This document shows, piece by piece, positions 51,075-64,000 of a stretch of 64,000 bases of DNA. Numbering within the stretch: position 1 is the first letter of the stretch; every line of letters begins with the position of its first letter. The stretch comes from Ruditapes philippinarum (taxonomy: Eukaryota), in NCBI RefSeq assembly GCF_026571515.1, contig NW_026859122.1:124001-188000 (forward strand). The letters run 5' to 3'. A program made the position numbers and the translations under genes. Below the pieces are notes generated by a model. It did no database searches. It was given only the letters and a program-made list of their open reading frames with translations, and was not told the DNA's origin.

Positions 51075-51692
51075 TATATATGTTCATTTTTTGTGAAAAT
51101 GTATTAAATTAAGACATGAAAGTTACCGTCTCTATCTTTGTATTTATTTATTATTGATAAAAATGCTGTACCACAAGCCTTAACAGTGCGTATAGGCTGG
51201 ACATACATGACTCACATAGGCTGGACATACATGACTCACAATCACATTCTACTAGATATTTTGGATGGAAAAGTCCTGGTACTAGCTGTTAGACAAACAA
51301 ACATGAAACTGTTTGTCTGTTCTTAAGTTGTTTGGGGCTGAGAAGTAAAATTCAAAATAAAGTCACTCATTATATATAAAATAATTATTGATCAAATACA
51401 AAAATGTATGAAAAAAGAAATAATTGGTCGCGAAAAGTAATGACATTTATTACTGCCGACAGCAAGATCTAATTAAACTTTAAATATTTTTTCTAATGTA
51501 AGAAAATACTTTGTCGTATTCATAAATGACCGAAAATGCTGTAAAATTAAGAATATATAGCTACTAATACTTATTAACAAAATAAACATTTACTTTTTAT
51601 TCCAGATCCCTAGACGTTTTTTTCTACATAGAAAGTTCAGTTCAATATTGGCAAAACCACTCCAGTAACACTGATCATTGTTTACCTTGGAA

Positions 51693-51726
51693 ACTTCCGG
51701 TTTAAAAGTGTATGTTTCAGCCAATC
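51693..51726. promoter_or_regulatory. ETS/GABP-like site and CCAAT box in the short TBCE / AREL1-like divergent promoter
   Basis: ACTTCCGGT at 51693-51701 (ACCGGAAGT on minus) and CAGCCAATC at 51718-51726, between the inferred first TBCE exon and the ATG at 51779. Confidence 0.5.
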
Positions 51727-51778
51727 TAATTTTGAAACAATGATAACATAAATTGTATTTATCTGAAGCATTCAAGTT

Positions 51779-54700
51779 ATGGAAAATGACTTTAAGCAGA
51801 GTGTCATTATTGGCACAATTGTCATGGGGATATTTGTTTCAATTTACATGATACAAATTGAGAGAAAGGCTGCTGTTGCTGATAGAAAATACACAGAATG
51901 GATTGGGAGTAATCAGTTGTCAGAATTTGCCCATTTATTTTTTGAAGAAGGTAATGGTTTTTCATATTTAATCCACACAAAGTGTAAATTGACACAGGGT
52001 CATCTGTATCACATCTACTTTCTATTCACTACATGTATCCTGGTTGTACTATAATCTACCAGGAATGTAAGCCTTATAAAGGCCCACCATCATATAATAC
52101 AGAACAAATCTAGTATGAAATAGGTATATACTATAGAAGCTACCATTTTTTGATAAAATTAACAATTATCCAAAAGAAATTTTAACTATACAACAAAAAT
52201 ATAGTTCTGTATAGTGGCAGCCATCTTTGTTTTTAAGTACTTAATACCAGGAATTTAACTTTTAAGCAATTAATAAAAAGTTAAAAACGTATGTGAATGG
52301 TCCATTACTGCTAATTATACTAAAGTTCTATTCAATATTTATCAGTTATCACACAGTAAAAGGGTAACAATTTGATAAGCATTTGCACACACATTCAAAA
52401 TATCATGTTGGGTCTAAATCATTAGCAATACTACTGGTTTTTATACGTAAAACACATTTATGTGAATAGGGTTATTAAAACTTTGAACTTTCTTTAAAAA
52501 ATGCTAAATTTTGTATGAAATTAATGTGAAAAACACTTGCATACAAAAGATTTTTTTTATGTAAATATTATTTGTAATATCTGGACATTCCCGGTACAAA
52601 GTACCTCCCGGTATAAAGTACCTAATGAGGATATGTCGGAAGAGACATATGACATGTGACAACTATAATGAGCAGGATTTAGGGGCTCTAAACTGGATTT
52701 TCTTTATTGACTTAAATCAACACCTGTTTGGCACATTGGGTATAAAGAACCCATATAACCCTCAAAATATCAAGCATGTGTCTTTATGATCTTATTCATG
52801 ATCAATAGGGACCTTCATGTATTATTTTACACAATCCTCCTCCCCTGGCAAGTAACCCCCCCCCCCCCCACCCCCCAAAAAAACAAAAAAACAACAACAA
52901 CAAAAAAATCCCAAAAGCATACTCATTCATAAAGCCTGTGTCTTATATGATAAAGATTTTTTTTTTCTCTAGATTTCAGTTTGCATATATTTAGAACAAC
53001 AATTGAGTGTCTTCAGCCTCAGGCATTGAATAAATTTAAAAACACAGAAGGTAAAAGTGCATATTTAGGCACCAACATCGAAATTTCCATCTGCAAATCA
53101 CCTAATCCATTTATAAACAATGTTAAATGAAACAGCAGATTCAACGCAAGCTTCACGTAACTGTTCATGGATTTCCTTTCCCGTTTTCCCACTCAAAAAC
53201 TCTATCTTTATATACACACACTGTTCATCTAGGCTTACCATGGCCATGAGGCTTAAGCGACATTCAAATGACCTCATATATATGTGAATCAATTTCGAAA
53301 TGAAAGGCAAAATTATCATTATCAGAACTGAATGACCCTGGTATTTATATATAATCATAAAATAAATTAATCACTATTTATAGATCAATCAGCGGTCAGT
53401 TGGACATCAACATAAGACAGTGATTTTTTTGGGTTGATTTTGACCTCAAAATAAGGCATCCTCACAATGCCAAAAAACATAAAAAATTCACAAAAATGTG
53501 TAAAAAAGTCACAATTGGCATTTAAAATTGCTTTTCAGTACCAAACAAAATAATGAACTGACAAATGACAATCTTGAGAATTTGATTGATATATTTGAGG
53601 GAATAAAAAGAAGAAAGCTTAAACTATGAACATAATTATTAAATGTATGAATAAAGTGACTGCAGATGATGATTTATTGTTTATTTTTTCACAATTTGAC
53701 AAATTATCGCGTTAAAATTCACAATTTTTGGGGTAGGGGTTGTTGCAAAAAAAGTAAAAAAAACACAGAAATAAAGACAGAAGTTGCTTATCCCATTATA
53801 TTATGTCCCAGATTTCAATGACAGCTTAGTAATACAAGTATGTCTTACAGTTTAAGGTTATATGAAAATATGGTTATAATTTATCATTGTTATTCATTTA
53901 TTACAGATGTAAGTTACTTAGATGCGCTGGTTCATTTTGACATAGATCAAGCCAAATCATTCCAAAAGTTATCCAGCTATGGAAAAGCTAGAATTAAAGA
54001 TGCTCTTGACAAACTGAAACAAGAAACAGTCCTGAAGACTTGGCTCAGAACAAAGGGACTTGCAGAAGACTACATTGATAGGTAAGTACTTTCTACATAA
54101 ATTATTCATTTGAGAAAAAAAAGAATTTGTTTTCTCCTTTTCCCTTCAAAATATTCTGCTTGGTAGGCTGCTCACATTAGATGATTAGAATATTGAAATT
54201 TGAAGTCATTTTGGAGAGTGCTGTACAGTTTTATATAGCCTGAAGTTTTCATGCAAAATGTACAGATTCTGCCATGAAGTTTAACGGTAAAGAATTTTTT
54301 TTTCAAATAGTAAAAGCAAGAATGGCTTAACTGTTAGTTATTTTCACTATCTAGAAATAGTTATTTATGCTGTATGTTTGTTATTGGTCTTTAGAAGAGT
54401 AAAACTCAAATTAGTATTCAGCAGTTAGAAAAATTTCAGTTATTTTTCTTTTACTGAAAAATAAATCTCACCTGGTGGCTGGTAGACTGATGTGTGATAA
54501 TTAAATCAATTTCCTTTATCAGATTTTTAATCCCTGCAATATTGTAGGTTCCAAAGGACTGTCTTTCTTGCTGAAAATTGGTAATTGCAAATTAATTAAA
54601 CTATTTTAGTGCAAAAATTGTATAGATATATCACAGTTACGCTGCTTTGTATTTAAAGCAGTGCATTATCAACTTAGGTGATAACATTATCATAATATTA

Positions 54701-55054
54701 AAATTGAGTTGTTAATAATGTACAATGTAGAGTATGATAAGACAGAGACTGTATGTAAAATTTATTTTGATATTAGTACTTGAAAGACCAATATTTATGA
54801 TTTTTATATATATTTAAACAGGTTACGAGTTATTGGTGTAGAGAATATATGGCGGCTAAGTATACTATCTGACAGTCAACTACAGGCTCTAACTGCACAT
54901 GATGGTACAATTGAAGACTTCCGTGATTTTAAAAGAGGAGTTGCAGCTCTAAAAAACTCTAAACTACGAGATGTTCAGAGAGAAATGCTGATCCACCATC
55001 AGGCTGACATAGTTACACCTGGTTCATACTCTCTGCTAACATTTCTCTTGATGG
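51779..55054 (+). CDS. AREL1: 5' part of a membrane-anchored protein with two SAM-like repeats, probably invertebrate-type apoptosis-resistant E3 ubiquitin ligase 1 (exons 51779-51950, 53907-54081, 54822-55054; remainder not found in the window)
   Basis: Three phase-consistent exons: TM helix (VIIGTIVMGIFVSIYMI), EWIGSNQLSEFAHLFFEE|DVSYLDAL, LKTWLRTKGLAEDYIDR|LRVIGVENIWRL, then the start of a second hydrophobic segment. The architecture recalls the N-terminal extension of insect AREL1 homologues. The filamin and HECT domains are not in view, so the name is tentative. Confidence 0.6.
53070..53241 (-). pseudogene. Mariner (Mos1-type) transposase N-terminal HTH remnant
   Basis: MVSLDEQCVYIKIEFLSGKTGKEIHEQLREACVESAVSFNIVYKWIR*FADG matches the mariner first-HTH pattern (EQR.xIK....GK...EIH..L........VY.W...F..G), with an in-frame stop and no catalytic domain. 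Confidence 0.75.
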
Positions 55055-58000
55055 GTAAGTTAATGTATCTTAAAGCATGAGTAACAAACTTTGTTACCTC
55101 CCTTTGTTCAACACAACTTGTGATATTCTGTGCTATCCACATGTTTCTCTGAATCTGTTATTTGGTGTTGTGACTGTCAGCATCAGCAGTTTTTATTTGA
55201 CTAGTTAGAGAATAGGAAGAGCTATTGTACTGTCTCCAGTATAGGACCCTGTGTCCGCTTTACTGTTACACTTTAAGTTGTTGCCTACAAGTTGGTATCT
55301 CCAAAACTACTGAAAGGAATGAAACTTAACGCATTTGTTCTTTGTTATTACCTAATAAGATGGGCACAGGTTCAATACAGTTTTCATTTACTGAGTCAAG
55401 CCCCTTTTCTTACTGTCAAGCATTGAGAACAGTTGAGCCTGCTGTCTGACGGAATTAGTAACAAAGTCTAATAATAACTTCAATGTCTTCAAATAACTTA
55501 CAAAATACTGATTTTGTTCATTTATGATTTATAATGAATAGATTAACTGACTTTTCATATAAGAGAAATTTAATTTACATTCTTAAATCACATTAAAGAT
55601 CCTAAATGGCTAAATAGGTAAAAGTTGTTTATTTCGAATCTTGCCAGGGATTTGGATGCTTTTATTTTAGGAAGTTATTCAGTTAAAACACATATAATAA
55701 TTATATGATAATCATAATATGTAAGGTGCTAATGGAGGGGCACCAGCATTCTCCCTTTTATCACTTATGTTGGAAAGTTGCCATATGATTGTCTCAGTGT
55801 AATGATGTGACTTAGAACCTGGCCAAAAATTGGGTGGATATAGATTAAGCTATGCTGTAAATTTAAATATTAATGTAATTAATATACATGTATGTATTAA
55901 ATTTTTGCTTTAGGAGAAACAAGATATGGGATTGTTCCTTTCCACACTATTGTCACTAATCACTAATTTTGCAAATTATAAAGTTTTCAACATTGTTTGA
56001 TAGAGCCCTTTAGTGTTGGGGGATGGGTCATGATATTTTTGAATTATCATGTTTAGTATTACTCCATGCATTATAGGAGAACATGCTGCAAGGCTGTGGT
56101 GTGTGTATCAATAAAATATGACATTTAATATAATCTATTATTGATGCTATATTCAACTTGTTTTATCAATTGGTCATCACCATCTGGTGAGAATGCCTAA
56201 TACATTTAATGAAATGTTTCACAGCTAATATTTGTCTTGTTACATGTAGGATTGTTGTATATTTATGATGAACATATATCATGGAGAATTATACTATACA
56301 ATTGATACGTTTCATATAAAGTGATGGTTATAGACAAAATTCAAGAACATGAAAAGATAACTAAAACTGCATTTACTGATTTTACTGAAGTCTGAAATGT
56401 TAATGTTAATACACTAAATATTATTATTGTATTTTGATCGTGTTATAATATAATCTTACACATGCACTACCCACTTCCCACTGGAGTCTTAAGATAATGG
56501 ACAATATGCGCTTGTTTAGACTAAAATTGTTGCTAATTTCAGCAAGTTTCAAAATGAATTAAATATCTGACAGCATGGAGTCTGCCTAATCATGCATGAT
56601 TGCAGACTCACATTTACTTAGGACACAGCTCAGGCAACTTGTTGTTTTTGTTAGCTGTCCAAAAGTTAGTTATACCAAACTGTTGATTTTGTTTCTAATT
56701 ACAACTAGGTTTACACAACACAGGTTAGTATGGAACTAGAGCTATATAAATCATTCATAATATTTGATTTGAATTTTCTGTGAACCTTAAAACAGCTTGC
56801 ATGTTATAAAATGATTTGCCTAAAGTCTTATTTTTCATTTCAATTGTAGAAATATTATGAAATATTCTAATTTATAGTTTTTTAGTGTTATTTTACATTG
56901 GGAAATAACAATTATTGTATCTCTGAATCACAGATAGTGTTTAATTGGTTTAATTAAGACTACTCCAGATAATATTTATGGAAGCCTTTTCATTTATAGA
57001 GACACAGATCCCATGTAGACACTTTAACCGGGTATTTTTTTCTAATCATAATTATGCGTTATTATGTTTGAAATCATTTATAAAGTAATGGTTTCAGGTA
57101 TGTTTCATTTTGTTTTAAAACCCTTGTAGACTCTTTAGGTATTTTGTTTCAGTGTTTTAGTTGTGTTTTCTGGGGGAGTTTTTTGTTGGTGTGTAATACT
57201 AGTACTATAGAATGATTATATTAGTTTAACGCTAGAAAAAGGTGCAAGAATAGAATACTCCTAGTGTTCTTGATTATATTTTGATATACCAGTTTTTGAC
57301 AAAGAATTGGATGGTATCACCTTGCAGATCAGCTTTTCACATTCTTTATTATAATAAATGTATATTACTCACCACCACTCTAAACTGTAGTTTACTGTAG
57401 TTTACCAGGTGATAATACAATGGCTTTGTTGTTCAAAAAATTAAAGTTGTAAAGTACATGAGTATTTATATAAAAAAATACTGTCTGCACTGCTCTTTGT
57501 GAAGTAAATTGCATAATATCCATAATATCCATAAATCTTGGTAATACATAACTGATTGTTGCAATTTATATTATCAAAGCATAGAAAGAAATTTGATGCA
57601 GTGGACATATATTTCATTTTACATTTCAAAGTTGAAAGAAGTAATTATGTTGTTGTATTGAATTACAAGATGCTAGGGATGGAAAACTGCCATGTTTAGG
57701 AGAGACGGATGGAATCCAAACAAAAGTGACAGGAGTTTGATTGAATTTGCTAGGAGTTTCTACTGATCAATGGATTTTAACTTAAAGGAAGTCAGAAGAA
57801 CTCTCAGAATTTAAAGTTTGTAATGAAAGTGTAAATTACTTTTTTGACCAATTTATCACTTCGTCATTATGCTTTCAAAGATATGGCTTGAAAATAAAAA
57901 GAAGAAAAATGTTTTTGTCTGTCTGGTGACCTGTATTGTTTAGAGAGATTTAGCTATAATAATTATGTCAGTCTTAAAATATTGAAATAAACAGGTCACG

Positions 58001-58695
58001 AATTTTCACTATAGATTCCTAGCCTCAAGGTTATTAATTAAACTTATTTCTCAGTTCAGTCTTAAATCTCAGGATTTTCATTGGTCAGTGTACATTCAAA
58101 GCTGAGTTTTGACCAATCAAAAACTGGATGTCTGAGTTTGAGCTAAGAAAAAAAATTCTTTAAAATCTTGGACCAAGGCCTCAAATTTAACACAAGTTAA
58201 GCAAATAAGCAAGTGCCTGTAGAAATTTAAACCCTATACAAAATGTAGTTAAAATGTGCCATTTCAAGTATCGTCACTTATTTTTTCCTACAAATTTTTT
58301 TTTGAATCTGCATGTGATATATAAAAGTACTTCCAATGATTTATTTTACTTATATTGATTACTGCATTGTATTTTTAAAAGTACATAGTATAAATTTTTA
58401 ATATATAGAAAAAATTTGTCTTATCAATGTTTAATTGAATGACCAAATTTTTTGAACTAGCAAATATTTGCGAGTGCAATAAAAAATTAGATTCTAACAC
58501 TGCAGAGTCTGTACATGATTGCCAGTTCAGCTCTCATTGCTGCAGAAACCTTATTTACAATGTTTATGAATACTTACTTACAAGTGTTACAATATTTTGC
58601 TTTTACTAAAAACTCCTGAAAGTATTTTAGATTTCACAAATTTGTTAAAATAATAAGATGTTTGTAGGTTAACAGAAACACACATATGTGATGTT

Positions 58696-58912
58696 TTTAG
58701 TTTATACAAATTTATTTAAGTTTGATTGTGCTTGAAGCTGTAAGCTTATAGAAACACTCTCGAATCCGTTCCTGGAACCAACCAGTACTAAGCAATGAAT
58801 GTAAAGTTTCTTGCTCAAGGAAACACTGGCTTGCCCCTGACAGGGTTTGAACCAATGCGGATTGTGATCATTAGATTACTAGTCCGACGGGTTTAGCACT
58901 CGGTCCGCCGCC
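58696..58912 (-). mobile_element. CORE-like tRNA-derived SINE, near full length
   Basis: Minus strand head GGCGGCGGACCGAGTGCTAA...GGTTCAAACCCTG, then CCTTGAGCAAGAAACTTTAC...CTGGTTGGTTCCAGGAACGGATTCGAG. Confidence 0.75.
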
Positions 58913-61900
58913 ATTCGTGTGATGTTTTGTTTCCATAGCTTCAAATATCTAAATGTCTAAGTGAATATGACTTAATTGGTTGACAACACTCTACACTAGG
59001 TTGAATGAGCTCTTCTCACAAAACATGAACACCAGTAATGATTTTATAAATCATCTCATAATTAACTGACGATCAACAAATGCTGGTGTCATTGGAATAA
59101 ACTTGTTAATAATGTGAAAATGATGACAATATTTATGGCTTTTGTTATTTTAAAATCTATTGATATCTTAATTTATTTGGTCAATATTTCCTTTGTATAT
59201 TGTACTGGTCAATGAATCTTTTAAATTCATCTAATAAAGTCTATATGTATGAATCCTTTTATTATGATACATGTATCTATTACTACAACAAAGATGCACT
59301 TTATGTCTTCATGTATGGAAGATTTGGGGTCTGTATAATAGTGTCAGATGAATCTGCTCCTCTGGACTCTAGTATATTGCTGTTCCATTGATTCGATAAC
59401 CCTTGAATTAACAATAGACTTAAACAGGACACATCTAGGCCACACATAAAAGATTTTTATTTGCCACTTAGTGACTTTATACCTGTTATCTTTGGGGTAG
59501 GTTGATACAGTTATGAAAAAAAAAATGTTTTCAGTCACAAAAAGAAAATTCAATATGTGTGATATATTTTTCTTCAAAATGAAAAAAAATAACAACAAAA
59601 AAAAAACCCCCAAAAAGAAACAATGCAACAAAGCAAAAAAAAACAAAAAACAGAAACATTTCTTTTTCTTAAACCCACCAAAAAAAAAAAAAAAAAAAAA
59701 AAGGACCTGTGAATATACATTATGTATATACATGTATAAAACATGTATAATGAAAAGTTTTGTATAATTGTTGTGTCAAAGAACATTGCTCTATAAGATA
59801 TCGGGCAAGTTGTTATGATCACATTTCTTGTTGTTAAGTGTCAATTATTTACAAAATGTCAGTGACCGTATATCTTAATATATAGGCCTCATGGTGACAA
59901 ATATCAGGACAAACTTCTCACCAATGTCCACAGAAAATCTCCTGTTTTTACGCTCTGCTGTAACATAAATGAGGGCCAGTTATCAGTTGATAATAACAAA
60001 TGAGGACCGTTCTGTCAAACAGAGCTCACTCAACTTCCGCAATTTGCCCCGAAAACCTTGTGTCGCTGAATAAAGAGATAATCAATAAAAACTTGCTAGC
60101 TGGCCTTTCTTTACAGAATATTCATTTGCCTTAGATATTTGTACGAGGGTTAGGGGAGATATTTTTATACTGATGTCACAATGTCTTGTTTCATGCATAA
60201 AAATGAAATAATTCTTGCTCTCTGTAAGCCAGGAGAGATATATCTGACGTTATAGTGAAAATTGTCATCAACAAAGGATTGTCCTAGTTCTGTTTATTTC
60301 TAGTGCAATTAAGTAAATATGAATTATTAACAAAGATAATGGAACTGTTTAAGGTAAGGGGAATATTTATTTTGTTATTTCATTTATTTGAGTTTTTAAG
60401 CACTAGATTTGTGTATGATCTCAAAACTAAACTAAGAAATATTTTATGTTGAATACCAACTAATTTGAACATTCTGTTTATCACATCGGCAATGTTGTCA
60501 TTGCGTAAAGACAGGATTTTTTTATGTGTACATTTTAAAACATACTATCCTCTAAATCAGTGCCAAAACTTCAAATACATTGATGTACATTGCAAGTCTA
60601 AAATCTTAACATTTACATAAAAATCCCTGAAATATATTTTTGGATGCATTTTAAATTTAAAATTCTGAATATTAATTTAAATATCAACTGAAAACAAATT
60701 ATTTTAAATACAATGTTACAAATATCATTCTGCAAAAATTAATGATAATTGATAACTAATAATGGTAATTGATGAATGATGATAAGTAATGATATATGAT
60801 GGCGAATGATGATAATTATGATGATAATAATTGATAATTTGTTTTATTAAGAATAATGGTAAATGTTGATATGTGATGATTTAGTTTTATAATGATAATT
60901 GATAATAATTGATAATTATAGTACATTATTATCCTGATGAAGACCATTAGTGTTTGACCAAAACAGGTTGAAGTTATGTGTAAGCTTAAACCTAATCAGG
61001 TGTTCTTGATGTGCTGTTTTACATCCTTTCCTTGTTCACTTAATTATAATACATGTGTATAATTATGATGGTGAATGATGATAATTATGATGATAATAAA
61101 TGATAATTTAAATAATGATAAATGTTGATAATGTTATGATATATAATGTCTTATGAGAACTGATAATTATAATACATGTATATGAAGATGATGATAAATT
61201 ATTGCAGATGAAAAATATGATTGAAACCTGGCAAAGTATCACAGAAAAATAACTAAAATTCATAGTAGTTCCTACATTATCATGAACAAATTCTTTACCC
61301 AACATGTTATCAAACTTGCTATTTTAAATTGCTATTTGTATGCAATAAAACAGAATTGTGATTTGATATATGAGAAAATATCTGAAATATTTTGTTATAA
61401 CATAAGTTTTTTTATTTGTTTGTTAATTTGGTGGGATAAACTAATATGACAATTGTACTTAATTGACTTTTTTCTTTGTAAAGTAATGGTGATAGAAATC
61501 ATATCCAACTATTTTATCCCCTTTACCTGGTGAATTAAACAGATTTGCCTTGCTTTGAATTTGAAATAATTCAGTCAAAGTTTTAAGGATTTAAAAATTT
61601 TCAATATCAAAATACTAAAATAAAGCAACCTAAAGAATATGGCCAGGTCAAACTTGTGTAGTCTGACCTGGCTCTATTGCTGTGGCAATATGACTTACAT
61701 CACTTTCAGTTCAAGGAAGTTATGTGCCTCATATGTACATGTAGTAGTATGCACCTGTCATATAGTTTTTGGTAGATTTTGGTCTCATTAATTTTGTCAC
61801 AGCCAAAGTTTTCACATTCTATTTAAACAATTTGTATGTTCTAAAATTTGAATTAATTATTTTTTTTGTGAATTTCAGTTTATTTACTTTTTGTAAGATA

Positions 61901-62729
61901 TATATTAGATATCTATTTGATGCTAAAATAACAGAAGTTTCATTGTATTGATGTTAAATAATGTAATCTTTTGTGTAAAAGCATTCTAATTACAGACTTC
62001 TTTGTTCTACATGAAAGACAGCCAGTGATGAAGTAATTAGTTTTCTGGAGACAATATTTGAACAGATTGTATGAATACAGAAACAGAGAAACTTCACATG
62101 TTTTAATAGTACCCTGTGACTCCCCTTTAGATCGCCCTGTTCTCTAGAATGATGATTTAGATAATGACACTAATGTTTCATTAGCCAGTCATTTCCCAAA
62201 AGTCTTTATACAAAACTTTGAAGCATTATGTTATAAATGTTGATGCTAATTTTTCCCTTGCCACACTAAATATTTTAAACAGATTTGTCCAATTCTTTCA
62301 GTCTGGACAAAACCATTCATTATTTCTTTTAGGAAAAATTTCAAAATAGATGTAAGTACTAACTGAAGAAAAACAAAGTTGATTGCAATATGTTGTGTTC
62401 TTGGTCTGCACTGGTTGCATGGGTACATTTCTGCCATCAGATACTAACATATGGTTATTATCTTGTGATTTGTTCATATCATTCCTTTGTTGAAATTTTA
62501 AACTTAAACCTACCAAATTTGAATAATGGATTTACCCTGCTTTAGATTTGGAGCAGCTCATTCAAAGTTTAAGGAATTTCAAGATTCAAAAAATGAAGTA
62601 CCAACAGTATAGTGCCTTGACTTACAGACTTCACAGAAGCTAATGCAGGCTGGCCATGCTCTATACTGGTGGCACTTTTAAGATAAGCAGTTTTGCTTCC
62701 AGCTGGTCTTTTGATTAATTGACTTAAAA

Positions 62730-63185
62730 TGGGGAAATTATTGATGAAATGTATGGACATAATGTATATAGTAAATTGTTGACTAAATATATTTGGTGAA
62801 ATTATTGACGTAATGTATTATGGGGAAATTATTTACTTAATGTATAATTATATACTATTAGATAAATTGTTGGCTAAATGTTATGTTTGGAAATTAATGT
62901 CTTTATGTATATACATTTAGGGAAATTGTTGACTAAATGTATGTGGGGAAATTGTTGGCTACATGTATGTTGGGAAATTGTTGACTAAATGTATGTGGGG
63001 AAATTGTTGACTAAATGTATGTGGGGAAATTGTTGACTTAATGTTTATGGTGGGAAATTGTTAACTTAACATATACCAGGAAAATTGTTGACTTATTGTA
63101 TTGAATTGTATGTGGGGAAATTGTTGACTTATGTATGTGGGGAAATTATTGTCTTATGTATGTGGGGAAAATTAATGACTAAATG
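62730..63185. repeat. Degenerate ~26-bp minisatellite (ATGTATGTGGGGAAATTGTTGACTAA)
   Basis: Best-conserved units at 62937-63040, decaying on both sides. Confidence 0.85.
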
Positions 63186-64000
63186 TGCCAGTTAAGCTTG
63201 AACGTTCATGGTGACTGTTTCCAAACAACAAAAATAAAGGTCAATATCATTATGTTTGGTAAATTCATGAATATTAGCATCAATTGTGAAACATGACTAA
63301 AGAGATGTCATAAAATTTATATAATTGTACACCAAAGACAGTGAAGTGCCTGAAGTTACATACAAAGTTATTAGTGGCCATGGATTTCCTATAATGTCAT
63401 TAATCATTATATTATATTGTATAGGATATGATTGGCTAGAGAGATAGTATAGCTGTAATCATGTATTGTTGCTCTCCTCTACAGGAGATAAGACATTATA
63501 GTGTGGCCACCAATACAATTAGCTTCTATTGAAGGCCATTTAGACACTAATCAATGTAATTTGTCTCAATTCTTCCTCTTCTAATGACACTATATTAGAT
63601 TAATTAGGTCTTTTTTTCGAGTAAGAATATGAAGTGTTTCAGTTAATTTAAAAAATCTGAAAGAGAGATGTTACAGTAGGGAAGTAAAAGCTTCATTTTA
63701 AAATGACATTTATTTGTCTCCAGCGAAACAAAGAGAGTACTTCTTACACTTTAAACTACGGCTATGTGACTGAAAGCTAGAATTTATAATAGGCATTGCT
63801 GCTGATTTTTGACTTCAATCAGGTTATTGACACACTAAATTTTGTAAGAATCAAAATATTATAATTAGACTCACTTTCTTTGACCATCACTAAAAGAAAA
63901 ATCTGTGAACTTTTTTTTAAATGTTTGTTGATGATTCAAACTTGCAACTATGCAGTTTTGTTGTACTTGTAACCACTAGAACATCAGGCCATATTTATGG

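Noticed and set aside
53070-53358. Active mariner transposase
   Set aside because: Only the first HTH remains, with an in-frame stop, no DDD domain and no clear TIR pair.
59344-59822. Lys-rich and Phe-rich ORFs
   Set aside because: They are translations of an A-rich low-complexity tract.
60740-61200. Structured or coding element in the ATG/ATA-rich tract
   Set aside because: It is low-complexity trinucleotide-derived sequence with a short local duplication only.
55055-64000. Further exons of the AREL1-like gene
   Set aside because: No phase-compatible exon with convincing coding character was found by eye. A donor-like AAG/gtaagg near 60352 is unsupported.

Overview
AT-rich, intron-rich eukaryotic DNA. 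The repeat landscape (tRNA-headed SINEs, Helentron-type interspersed elements, TTAA and hAT MITEs) suggests a bivalve mollusc; this is inference. By hand-splicing exons I find six protein-coding genes: (1) the 5' part of MCM5 (minus, truncated by the window start); (2-3) a tandem pair of uncharacterised plus-strand genes encoding single-HKD PLD-superfamily nuclease-like domains whose motifs look more like prokaryotic BfiI/DrmC-type nucleases than Zucchini, namely a 409-aa form with an extra TBP-like (RNase HIII-N-like) N-terminal domain, lying head-to-head with MCM5 across E2F sites, and a ~200-aa stand-alone form; (4) a complete SLC46/PCFT-like MFS transporter (minus); (5) a complete TBCE (minus) whose start codon appears split by an intron; (6) the first three exons of a probable AREL1-like E3 ligase (plus), head-to-head with TBCE. 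Introns and intergenic DNA hold nested non-autonomous transposons and minisatellites. The HKD nuclease pair is the best candidate for an undescribed system. All coordinates were read by eye and no database search was possible.
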